This document shows, one piece after another, positions 52,052 to 63,855 of a DNA stretch of 63,855 nt. Where the stretch lies: the NCBI RefSeq assembly GCF_035084215.1, contig NC_090356.1, positions 17,732,001 through 17,795,855 on the forward strand. The letters run 5' to 3'. The notes under the pieces are model-generated. The model did not search any database. It worked only from the letters and a program-made list of their open reading frames with translations, and was not told the DNA's origin. Numbering within the stretch: position 1 is the stretch's first letter; every line of letters begins with the position of its first letter. The DNA comes from Heptranchias perlo (lineage: Eukaryota). Both the position numbers and the translations under genes were made by a program.

Positions 52052-52714
52052 AATCCTGTGTGGTTCTTTGGCTTTTTGGAAAAAATAGGTTATGTACCCT
52101 TTTTGAGGATATGCAGTATCGCTGCCTCAAATTTCTCCTCAGCTCGTTCTCCCTTGCTTACACACATCCTGTGCGGGTGTAAGTACTACTAGTTCACTGT
52201 CGGTGCCACTATTGGCTGACTGTCAGGAGGAGTAGTAGGGTGCCGGAGACATGCTCATCCATTTTTCTCTACTGCCTGTTTGACCCTGTTCTGAACTTCC
52301 ACTGGCAGAAATGTGTATTACTTAAAGTTTCAGAGGAAAAAGGGAGGGGAGAGTAATGTACTGTTGGTAGCTGTTCCTGAGCCTCAAAGTTCCTGTTGCT
52401 TGACCTTTTCTCAAGAGCAAGGGGAAAAGTAATTTCTGGTGTGCCAGTAATCTTATTGCAAGGACACTGGAATCTCCAGTACCTACACTCAAAAAATTTA
52501 CTTGTCTTCTCAATTATCTGCCGTGATTTTCGTAAACAAAACCTTATGCATGTTGTCTCACTTCACAGCTTGCTAATGTAAACTTCCTATCTGACATAAG
52601 TTAACTTCCCAGACCACGAAAAATTACACTCATTTTTGTTTTGTATTGTACTGCTCTTCGTTCCTGTGCGAGATGTAAGACCAAGTTCTGGGTACTCTGC
52701 CAATTGGCTGCCAA

Positions 52715-52774
52715 TTTCCATTATCCACCTGGATGGTCCCTGCCATTATAGTGGATAATGGAGGTTCCACTGTA
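52715..52774. mobile_element. Tigger/pogo-like terminal inverted repeat
   Basis: ...ggataatggaggttccactg|ta is TA-CAGTGGAACCTC on minus. The partner end was not located. Confidence 0.4.
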
Positions 52775-54754
52775 TTTCAAAACTCATAGCTCTTTTTCTC
52801 TGGGTAATTGTGACAAAGCAGGCATCTTTGGGTAGATCTAAGAAATTCTGTACAGTATCCTTCGCAGTGCATAGACTTTACTCACTAAATCCATATTCAA
52901 ACAAAATTTAATAACCAAAATTCAATTAACCAATTCTTAATTTACACTGAAAACTGTTGCTGGGTGCAACCAGGATGTTCTATTTATTCCTAGTCCTGGA
53001 ATAGAAAAATGTCATAGTTATAGAACTGAGATCTAAATATGACACTTCTGCTTTTATTTTACTGTACAACATTTTTATTCTAAAATGCAGCACTGAAAAT
53101 GAATAAAAGCAATCAGGCCCTGTAATGTCTGTCTTTGCCTATTGATGGGGTTTCCAATCAGACTGGGGGTGGGGTGGGGGTGAGATCTGGTGGAAGCTTG
53201 ACATTTTCGTGTCACTTTAAACAAAAAGCAATCTCAGTGGTTCTAACAAATTTCTGTTTGCAGCTGTAAACTTGCACATATTGTGAATTTGTACTTTAGT
53301 TACAATAAAAGTCCCAGTTATTTACTTCTGCCATAATTCACAGTAAATACTGGAAAGAGGATTTAAATGTGTAATGAAGCTGATTCTTTAGCAACTTGGA
53401 CTTCATGGGATGTAAGATCATGCAATTTTCCACATGCTGAGTTCCTGGTTTCGCCTATGCTATTAAAGGAAGGTATGATTTCAGAGGGAGGGACGGTTGT
53501 CCGAAGGTAAGTCAGCCCAGATAGCTGTTACACACATGATGTGTTGGGATTATTGCTTAACGTTCATCCAAGAGCTCTCAGAGAAGACCTGACTAATTCA
53601 ATCAGACTTCATTTAATAGCACAGCAGTATTACAGTTGAGTCCATGTATATAACCAGCTGTTCAGATCTGCTGGCACGAGGCTGATATAATTGGCTTCTC
53701 CTTGGTGAATCTGCTTATGTCGATGTAATGCTAGGAGCCAGCGCTTACTCTGGTACTGTAAGTAGAATATGCAGAATTAGAGGTAGAACAGGTCTTTAGG
53801 CAATAACTGTTTTGATCTCGCTTTCCTTCCTCCTGCCCAATGCTGTACATTGTTCCAGCGGCAAAACATATTTTGTGGGTGTTAGTTATATTTTAATTTT
53901 CCTAGACCTTATTACATGAAGTACTCTTTTTGAAAACAGAGGGGATTCAGTATATGCAGTAACTCGATAAAAATACTGTGGAAGGCAAAACATCCCAGTC
54001 ATACAGAACAGTAACTATCTTGTGCTGCCATGGAACCTTGGGGAAAAAGGCACAAGATTTGGTTTATTTTCTTTTTATCTACTAGCATGGAGTCTCCAGC
54101 TTTTAGTTGCCTGAGTGTGCCCACATTTAATACTGGAAAAATATTTTTCAAAGGCTTGTAACATTCTAGAATCTATTCTGCATAAACTATAAACTTTCCC
54201 TGTTCACTGCCTGCATGTCAATTTGTTTTACCATACCATAAATTGAATTATTTACTCTGAAGTTCATTAGGAAGGGATATGGTATTGTGGGATGGACGTT
54301 GTAATAATTCGGTTTTTTACGATAATTAGTTACTGTATATACTATTCAGTATATATTTTAATCAATTGCTGCATCTCCGGTAGATTCAAACACACAGTCC
54401 ACTGTTCAGAAAGTTTTATCTCCTGGCTTTGGTTACTTAATCAATCGACTCTTTTGGTTGCAGACATTAATATGTGGTAAAAGCCTGCATTCCAGGAACT
54501 GGCACAGCTCTGTTGTTACATTAATCGATCTGCAAGTGTTTGTAATGACTTTTCCTGTGTGCTCTGTGCCGGAATACAAGAATTCAAGTTGATGAAAACA
54601 TTTGGTAGTACCTCATGCTTCAATCTGTAATGTGTGCCTATTCCAGTTTAAAACTGGCTGGAATACCTGCAGCTAAAATGGTATTATCAGGATTTTGTAC
54701 ACTTTTTGTGTGGTTTTGAGAAAGTTGCCTTGCAAGATTTTTAAAAGGATTTTA

Positions 54755-55135
54755 ACACGCTTGCCTCTGAGTCAGAAATAATATGGCTGAACTCTAGTGC
54801 CGCACTGTCAGAGGTGCCATCTTATGGATGAGACGTTAAACCGAGGTCCTGTCTGACCCCTCTGGTGGACGTAAAAGAGCAAATTATGCTATATGAAGAG
54901 GAGCAGGGGAGTTCTCCCACTATCCTGGCCAATATTTATCCCTGAACCAACATCACTAAAACAGATTATCTGGCCTTTTATTTCATTGCTGTTTGTGGGA
55001 CCTTGTGCACAAATTAACTGCCGCATTTCCCTATGTTCCAACAGTGACTATACTTCAAAAGTAATTAATCGACTGTAAAGTGCTTTGGAATGTCCTGAGA
55101 TCATGAAAGATGCTATATGAAAGCAAATTCTTTCG
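54755..55135 (+). mobile_element. Deu-domain SINE
   Basis: ggtgccatcttatggatgagacgttaaaccgagg core. Further copies at about 34590-34968 (+), 37125-37410 (+), 38903-39050 (+), 20745-21070 (-), 29820-30195 (-) and 7915-8040 (-). Confidence 0.78.
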
Positions 55136-56048
55136 TACTTTCTTTCTTTCGTGTGTTGTGTAAAATTATTGAGTCTTTGAAAGCCATATTGGGGTTTGAA
55201 TTTCTGGCCTGTTGGTCAGCGGATTGCTTGTGAATTGCAGACTATATTAGAATTGGAAAAAAATTAACTTCTACCACATTCTGTCTCTTGTTCTTCATGT
55301 TAATCTGGTTATTTGTTTCACTTTTGTTCCTGATTTGGTTTTGCTAGTGGGAAGTGTAAGCTTAGATACCATTTGAACTTCAGTGTGTACAAATGTTCCC
55401 AGTAGGCTTAATTGGTTGGCTGCATATTTGCAATGGGAAGGGAAGCCGAAGGACAGGCAATTGTAAATGGACAAAAGTGGGAGTCAACATGATGAGGGAC
55501 TGCATTATTATGTTGCCAGGAGCTTTGGGGGGAGGTGTAAAGAAAAGAGGTAGTTGCTTTGCAAGGTCTTTGGCTCAATAGGTTCTGAAATTAAAGCATG
55601 TCAATCACGCATGAATAGTGTGTAGATGTCAGATTATGGCAGTTCTTAGTGAACCCAATATCCATTTTGATCTTTCAGACAGTAACAGGCTAAGTCACAC
55701 TATGTAGTTTATATTTATTTGTAGGACCGATGGTATGGAAAGAATACATACAAGAACAACTGCTGTACAAAATCTGGAATGCACAATATATTCCTGATCT
55801 GTTCGGTTCCACAAATTTATTAAGTATTTTTATAGTCAGAGAAGTAGTTTTTCCTCATTCATTTAGTCACCACATACAAATTAATACTCTGCCATCAAAC
55901 AGGGAAATATCACTTAGTTTTTAATATTGTGGTGTGCCATTGTGGGCAGGTGACCTTCTGCATCGTACTGTAAAGTGGGACATTTTCATGTAGGCCTTAT
56001 TTGGTGGATTTTGGACTTGCCCTTTAGTCATAACAAAACCTTCATGGT

Positions 56049-56258
56049 AAAAGCAAAATACTGAAAATCTGAAACAAAAACAGAAAATGCTGGAAATACA
56101 CAGCAGGTCAGTCAGGATTTGTGGTGAGAACAGAAGTTTACAATTCAGGTGTGGACCCTTCAGAACACAAGGGTCTGCACCAAAAATGTAAACTTGTATG
56201 TTATTTGCATGAATGCTGACTGACTTGTGTGTTTCTAGCATTTTCTGTTTTTATTTCA
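56049..56258. mobile_element. Old degenerate fold-back PLE-terminus element
   Basis: Starts aaagcaaaatactg...aaatctgaaa...cagaaaatgctgga like 5633-5700 and ends in its inverted complement (ctagcattttctgtttttatttca). Similar decayed copies at about 37812-37966 and 40380-40490. Confidence 0.7.
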
Positions 56259-59200
56259 TGAATATATTCTTCATGTCATCTGGGAAATTAAAACCACACC
56301 AACTTTTGTTAAGTTCATTCTCAGGAAAAATTACTCAATTTACTGTATAGTGGCCTTGTTGTAAATTGCACCTCAGCATTTTCCTCTTTGGTTCTTTGTC
56401 TCTGCAGTAAAAGTTTTTAATTCTTTGAGTCTGTGAATTTGCATCTTATTTTGTGTTATTGATGCCCTGGGTCTTTGGTAGAAAAATTTCTGGAAAGTTT
56501 ACCACAGCTTTAAAATAAATAAATACATTTTAACTGAATTTTCAACTTGCAGAGTCAGTGGTGAACTCCCTCTTGGAGTTCATTCTTGAAAACTCAGCTG
56601 AATTTCTAAGTTGGTTTTGTAAGATCTCACGAATATGTACTTTCACACTATGATCTGTGAACTCCACAGGAGTTCAAAGCTTCGGTGCTTTGGGTGTCAA
56701 CCACCAATACATGATTTGCCCTGATGTTAAGATGAGTGTTAATAAAATGGTTGTCCTTAGTGGTAGCATTTCTTGGCTGACACAGTGCAACACATTGGCT
56801 GATGCAGTGATGTTAATAGACATGTTGGCATTTCTTACATCCATTGCTGGTTTATTGGCACTCTTAGCTGCAGATAACTGGCAGGTCCTCAGTTTAGTTG
56901 AGGATTGGGTTCCTCATTTATCACACAGTTCCAGCAACATCTAATTGAGGATCTGCCCTCATAGGTGCCTAGTTTCAGAGAAAACTGCTTCAGGACCATA
57001 CAGTTAAAATGCTTCAGCCTCCCAGTAAGAGGAAGGATTCTGACTTGGTATTATGCTATCCCTGAGACACGCGCACTGATCCCAGAGATTTGGTCAAATC
57101 AGAGGTAGCTAATATGTTGAGTGGTTTCCAGAGTTGAGCAGACTCTATCTATGCACTCTGTCAACTCTTCACCTGGTGACTGCTTCCTTCAGGAGTCGGG
57201 TATGAAACGTGCAATGTGATTGTCATTTTTATCTTATCTACTCTATAAGCATTTGTAATAGCTTGATGGATAATAGGGATTGGCTTTTTTTGTACATTAA
57301 AGCGTGCTACATTCACATAATACCATCAAGTTTTGCAAATAATGTATACAGTTCCAGCAATTTAAACTGGTAGCAGAATAACAAAGACAAGCTGATTGGA
57401 TAGTTCAGTTTTGTACAGCTATTCAAAAATAATCAAGTTAATTTTAAAATTAAAGTTGTCTGACTTGAAGAGGTGATGGTGTAGGATAAAATCATGACGC
57501 GCAGTATCTTAAAATCAAATTTGAAAAGTTTGAAACTTTCAAAAGGTATTGCGTGTTGTGTGAGGGTGACTTCCTTGAATGTCTTGATTAACTGATGGTT
57601 TTATTCATTTTTTGCTATTAGTTTAAATAATTTCTAAATCTGTTTTACTGCACCCTACCTTTCCAGTCCAATACTCAAACCCAGATGATAATACAATTCA
57701 ACCAAAGTATTTTGATTTGCATCTCTGCAACTGCTGAAAAGTTTCCCAGCCCCACAAATCTGGTATCTTTTATAGTGATGTTGGAATGTTAGCAGGTTGT
57801 TTAGTCATTCTAACTTTCGTGATACAAGCAGCATGAGTGAACTGAATGGTACCATAGTGTTCTACTTTGGAGTTAGAAAATAACACCTGTAGTATCGATC
57901 AGTTTGCTTTTTTTTTAAAAAAAAGGTGCCTTTTGCGTTGTGAAGTTTTACATTTTAATCACTGTGAGCAGTAGTTGGGAACAAGATTTCCAAACATAGT
58001 AGTTTGAAACTGTTCCCAAAAGTAGTTTAGCACAGTTATTAGATTTACTTCACACCCTCAGTCACTATCTACGGTAATTAAGGAATATAGATGATAAATA
58101 TGATCTTCCTTGATTTATTTCCATTTTGATCAGGTGAATTTTCTTCCCTTTGGCCAGAGTCCCTTTACTCTGTTGTGAGGGATACCTGTGGACCAGTTTT
58201 CTTTCATATTTGGATTTAGGGGTATCCTATTTGTTTCTATTGACATGGGTTCATATTCATATACTACCAAAATTGACAGATTATTGAAAATAAAGGAAGA
58301 TTGTGGAAAACATTTAAATGAGCTAATGACAAAAATTTACTTATACCTTTGGTCTCTCATATCTTTGTGTTTACGTGACGTTTCTCCTTGACTGAGATAG
58401 TGGAAAGTTTACAGTGATGCAGCCCAAAGAAAAAGGAAGTATATCACATGTAAGAAACAAAACTGAAGTTACATGTCTGTGTCTCTTCCATAAAATGCTT
58501 TTCCTCTGGGTTTAAAATATACATATGTTTTTATGCTCTTTATCAAATGAGAATATTTGGAATCTTGGTATACATGGACAGTCAAGAAATCCGTGCACCA
58601 GTCCTGTGCTGGAATCTTGTTATGTATCTTTTCCCAAACATAAGTCACCACCTTCAAGAGGAATAGGGTAGCATTTGTAATGCCTGCTTCTGTGAATCTG
58701 ACTACATTTCCTGTAACCATGGAAAAGCCCTTTTATGTAATGTAGATCCTCATGAATGATCCTTTTAAGATATGGTTTAACCTTAAAACAGGTGGAGATA
58801 TTGGTCTTTAAACCAGGAATACAAGGTCGGGAGTGAGAAAGGCCATTCAACTCTCCAAGCCCAGTCCATTCAGAGTCAATGTATGATTATTCCATCTTGG
58901 ACTATCTTTCTCCCCCTTTTGCCTAACAGCTGTTGATCCCTACTTGAGAGTAAGGGACACTTATTTTAAATTTCTGGATTCTTCATGAAGGCATCTATTT
59001 CATGTTCATACTTATCTTCCCCTCTGATTTAGCATAGTGCACAATAGTTAAGCCTCATATTTCTTTTCACAGGTGCCACTATATAATTTCAGGTGAAGAA
59101 ATGTTTGATCGTTGCTAACATTGTGCACTGAGAAAGGTCAGAAGTAATTTAAAATGTGGATTTCAAATTGAAGAATATGGGGAACAAAGCTGATTGGTTT

Positions 59201-61299
59201 AAAAGTGCACTCTTTCCTTTTGCATACCCCACTGTAAGCTCATACATGTGCCGATGGCCTCCTTCTGTGCTACATGATTCTATGTTTATATACACTTAAT
59301 AGTACACCCATTTCTTGGCTGTAGTAACTAAATCTTGTGACTATGGATTAAGTTGTTTAAATTCTCCACCAAAGTGCTAGAATGTTAAACTCTTAAGAGT
59401 TTTGGCGTGCACAACCAACGGATCAGTTAAATTTAATATTTGATGGTGAGATCAGTTGCTATCCAGCTGCTTTCAAAACCTCTTGTAAATAATATGAACA
59501 TCCTTTTTGCCATAAAATTTCTAAGTTGTGCTGATGATCTCATCTGGGGAAGTGCTGCTGACTAATTTATACAGTGGAAACTTAAGCATCATTGATTCTT
59601 ATCAAGGTTATTTAGTTTTTAATCATTATCAGACTCCATAGCTGCACCATGCCAGTACTCCTATGAGATTATCAGCACTCCCTGTTTAAACAATATTAAG
59701 AAAAGAATTTACTCTTAAAATATTATGCTGATGAGGACAGCAGCTCCTTGGGGGCAGAACTTGATAATCCTTTTCCGTAAAATAGATGACTGCATCTATG
59801 TTTTTAAATGTTTTTAGTATCTGGGCTCCATCATTTATACTTAGCTGGTAGTAGTCTATAGTATTTCAGGAAATATCTCAGACAAATTTCAATTGAGGTG
59901 AATTTGATCTTTGACTAGTTAAAACTTTGGCTGTAACATTGGTTCTGGAGATTTCCATCTGGATTCTAGCTAGCCTTGTGGGATGTTTTCATTCAATATT
60001 TAAAAAAAATAAAATCACCTAAATACTGAGCAATTCGAAGAACAAGATTTTGACCATTAAAAATTCCATAGAGGAGTTGCCTTCCCTCATTGGATAAATG
60101 CATTGCAATATTTGATACCAAACCATATAGATCAGGATGGTGTAAGTTTAAGTCCTGGTTTGTGCTGGAGAAATGGTGCGAAGCTAGAGTGTGGAATGTT
60201 ACTGCGTCCTTGCTACTGATTGGTGTCCAGTGATCTCTGCTGGAAATTGGACAAAGTTGTTGGACACACAGGATGAGGCTAGGCCATGAGACAGGTCCAT
60301 TGGTACAGAGCACTTGCTGTTCAAGCTTGCACATGCAAAATGGAACTTGCCCAAAGCATAGTTGGGTGCTAATGTCTGTAGAGCCATACCCCAGCATGAG
60401 TTGCCCCTTTCAAGGATAAGGGAGAAACAGTACAGGCAGCATTAAAGGGCATTTCTCCATTTCCCCATACATGAGATAAGATGTCACAAAGATGAGTGTT
60501 GATTTTTTTTAAAAAACTGTGGTGAAGTCAACATGTTGATATGATATCAGTATTTCATGACAGGCTTAAAAAATATTGCCACTTTGCATTTGTGGGACTC
60601 AGTTGCTGTGGAAGTGCATGCTAGTTCAATGCATGTTCCAAGGATATCTCTGCATGCTGTTTTATTTCAGAAAAGTTGAGCTAAAAAACACATCAGTCAA
60701 GATGAGCAGCTCATAGTTTTACACTTGACAAATTCTAGTTGTTGTGAAGTTGGAGTGCAATTTATTTTCTCATTTGACTTAGATTTTTACTTTCTGTGCA
60801 CTTCATTAATTGTATTGGGTTTTAAAATTGTGTAAAGTTGCAGTGTTTGCACCAAAGTAAAATGATAATCTTTAAGACGGTTGCACAGATTAATACACTC
60901 ATGCGACCTTTTGCTTCAAACCATTTATGAAGATTTGGTGAAACAGAGCTTCATTATTGGTTAGAAGTGTGGCTGTAGCTTTTTCTGTCCCCATTCCTAG
61001 GCCTTCTAAAAAGGATGCTAGTTTCAGCAAGAATTAAGCAAAACACTTCACTGCTCACATTTTACATCTATTATCATTCTCGCACCTCAGACAATTTGGG
61101 TTATAGATGTTGTAAATGCAAAGATGCTGTGCGACAAAAGTATGGATTTAGCCACAAACTGTTTACAATTTATGGTAGGGCGTTATAGAATAGTTGCAGG
61201 CCTGCTTCAGGGATCCCAGCCATGCAAGGAGCTGATAAAACATGTCTGAGATTTTGCATCTGGTAATTAGAATGTCAGATCAGGGCAGGACTCTTATGA

Positions 61300-61890
61300 T
61301 AACAGCTTCATTTATACAGTGCCTTTAACGTAGTAAAATGTCTCAAGGCCCCTTCCCAAGAGCGTTATCTGGCAAAATTTGACACCGAGCCATATAAGGA
61401 GATATTAGGACAGGTGACCAAGTGTCTTAAAGGAGGAGAGAGAAAGGTGGCGACGCGGAGGGGTTTAGGAAAGGAATTCCAGAGCTTAGGGCCTAGACGG
61501 CTGAAGGCACGGCAGTCAGTGCTGGGGTGAAGAAAATCATGGATGCACAAGAGGCCAGAATTTGAGGAACGCAGAGTTCTCAGAGGGTTGTAGGACTAAT
61601 GGAGGCTACAGAGGTAGGGAGGGGCGAGGCCATGGATGGATTTGAACACAAGGATGAGCATTTTAAATTTGAGGCGTTGGTGGATCGGGAGCCCATGTAG
61701 GTCAGTGAGCGCAGGGGTGATGGGTGAATGGGACTTGGTGTGAGTTATGATGCGGGCAGCAGAGTTTTGGATGAGCTCAAGTTTACAAAGAGCGGCAGTT
61801 GGGAGGCCGGCCAGAAAATCATGGAATAGTCGAGTCTGGAGGTAACGAAAGCATGGATGAGAGTTTCAGCAGCAGATGGGCGGAGATGGG
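61300..61890 (-). mobile_element. L2 3' end
   Basis: RAFSRLGPKLWNS motif and L2 tail. Similar tails at about 21110-21410 (+) and 37400-37730 (-). Confidence 0.8.
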
Positions 61891-62179
61891 AGTCATTACA
61901 ATATTATAATGCTGCATTTGTTCGATTAGTGGATGCCTTGGGTTCCCCTTTCTCAGTTTACTTCCTTTCCTCTCCTGATGGTGCTGACATATGTTGGGAT
62001 ACAGTTTCACAGCTGACAGTGACCCTTGCTATCTTGCCCAAGTGGCCTATCTTTGTGTGTCCCTAGGTGCTGTGTGTCAATAGGCTATTTGGGTGTAGGT
62101 GATATTGCAGCTGAATCTGCTCAAGTGTTCATCATCTGGGTGTGTACTTTCCAGCAGTGGTCAGTGGGGAACCCACTCT

Positions 62180-63516
62180 TTTGGATAAACATAATTTAAT
62201 AGGACAAAGTCAGCATGGCTTTACGAAGGGGAAGTCATACCTGACAAATTTGCTTGAGTTCTTTGAGGACATAACGTACAGGGTGGATAAAGGGGAACCA
62301 GTGGACGTCGTGTATTTAGACTTCCAGAAGGCATTCGACAAGGTGCCACATAAAAGATTATTGCTCAAGATAAAGAATCACTGGATTGGGGGTAATATTC
62401 TGGCATGGGTGGAGGATTGGTTATCTAACAGGAAGCAGAGAGTTGGGATAAATGGTTCATTCTCAGACTGGCAACCAGTAGCCAGTGGTGTTCCGCAGGG
62501 GTCGGTGCTGGGTCCCCAACTCTTTTACAATCTATATTAACGATTTGGAGGAGGGGACCGAGTGTAACATCAAAATTTGCAGATGATACAAAGATCGGAG
62601 GGAAAGTAGAGAGTGAGGAGGACATAAAAAACCTACAAGGGATATAGACAGGCTGGGTGAGTGGGCGGAGATTTGGCAGATGCAATACAATATTGGAAAA
62701 TGTGAGGTTATGCACTTTGGCAGGAAAAATCAGAGAGCAAGTTATTATCTTAATGGCGAGAAACTGGAAAGTACTGCAGTACAAAGCAATCTGGGGGTCC
62801 TAGTGCAAGAAAATCAAAAAGTTAGTATGCAGGTGCAGCAGGTGATCAAGAAGGCCAACGGAATGTTGGCTTTTATTGCTAGGGGGATAGAATATAAAAA
62901 CAGGGAGGTATTGCTGCAGTTATATAAGGTATTGGTGAGACCGCACCTGGAATACTGCATACAGTTTTGGTGTCCATACTTAAGAAAAGACATACTTGCT
63001 CTCGAGGCAGTACAAAGAAGGTTCACTCGGTTAATCCCGGGGATGAGGGGCAGACATATGAGGAGAGGTCGAGTAGATTGAGACTCTACTTACTGGAGTT
63101 CAGAAGAATGAGAGGCGATCTTATTGAAACATATAAGATTGTGAAGGGGCTTGATCGGGTGGATGCGGTAAGGATGTTCCCAAGGATGGATGAAACTAGA
63201 ACGAGGGGGCATAATCTTAGAATAAGGGGCTGCTCTTTCAAAACTGAGATGAGGAGAAACTTCTTCACTCAGAGGGTGGTAGGTCTGTGGAATTTGCTAC
63301 CCCAGGAAGCTGTGGAAGCTACATCATTAAATAAATTTAAAACAGAAATAGACAGTTTCCTAGAAGTAAAGGGAATTAGGGGTTACAGGGAGTGGGCAGG
63401 AAATTGGACATGAATTTAGATTTGAGGTTAGGATCAGATCAGCCATGATCTTATTGAATGGCGGAGCAGGCTCGAGGGGCCGATTGGCCTACTCCTGCTC
63501 CTATTTCTTATGTTCT
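62180..63516 (+). mobile_element. CR1 LINE, 5'-truncated, RT region plus 3'UTR, young but frameshifted
   Basis: SQHGFTKGKS, VYLDFQKAFDKVPH, SGVPQGSVLGP, FADDTK and LVRPHLEYC motifs. CR1 3' end ...ggcctactcctgctcctatttcttatgttctta. Confidence 0.95.
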
Positions 63517-63682
63517 TAATAAAGGCTCTGTTTGGTCAAGAATCCCAACAGGAGTAAATTTCCTCCTTTTTAAAGGGAATGGTACAATGTTTTGGAAGTA
63601 AATTGTCCATGTCTGAACTATGCACGCTAGGAAGATCCAGTTTCGAGCTCCAGTCTGTGTGAAATTAGCTAATCTCAGTTTG

Positions 63683-63822
63683 ATGTGGAGATGCCGGTGA
63701 TGGACTGGGGTGGACAAATGTAAGGAATCTTACAACACCAGGTTATAGTCCAACAGTTTTTTCAACAGGATTTTCAAATAAAACTGTTGGACTATAACCT
63801 GGTGTTGTAAGATTCCTTACAT
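63683..63822. mobile_element. Shorter member of the same palindromic family, opposite orientation, lacking the ribozyme
   Basis: 44-bp inverted arms (63717-63760 and 63780-63823), same tail (ccccagtccatcaccggcatctcc on minus), 13-bp TSD TAATCTCAGTTTG at 63670-63682 and 63823-63835. Inserted into a SINE head. Confidence 0.85.
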
Positions 63823-63855
63823 TAATCTCAGTTTGGGTAGCCGTAGGAGTAATAC

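Noticed and set aside
53390-53512. Candidate internal exon ending GAAG|GTAAGT
   Set aside because: The acceptor is weak, the frame compatible with the ATG exon has a stop, and the peptide is unrecognisable.
55725-55823. Acceptor ttttgtag|GACCGATGG as exon 2 of the plus-strand gene
   Set aside because: Joined to the ATG it gives MDRWYGK... and stops after about 33 codons, with no similarity to CAPZB or any protein I recognise.

Overview
Vertebrate nuclear DNA, not prokaryotic. The repeat content (CR1 and L2 LINEs, Deu-domain SINEs, Penelope-like elements) points to a cartilaginous fish (shark or ray). One gene is recognisable from sequence: MICOS10 (Mic10/MINOS1) on the minus strand. Its three coding exons (38525-38588, 17878-17925, 17252-17361) splice to [74 protein letters not shown]; its last exon is ambiguous. 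A divergent CpG-island promoter with an ATG-only first exon (ATG|GTGAGT at 49441) is probably CAPZB, and a minus-strand TATA/CpG-island first exon near 2 kb is probably NBL1. Both calls rest on the vertebrate CAPZB-MICOS10-NBL1 synteny, not on coding sequence. Nearly all listed ORFs are spurious or transposon fragments. The most notable structures are fold-back, TSD-flanked Penelope-type insertions: a 1.7-kb GIY-YIG element and two short non-coding palindromes. Two of them carry minimal hammerhead ribozymes of identical architecture on both strands. Also present are a CpG-rich 69-bp hairpin apparently built by template switching, an odd MICOS10 3' end, and fossils of Harbinger, L1 and DIRS/Ngaro-like elements. 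Repeat boundaries are approximate and read by eye.
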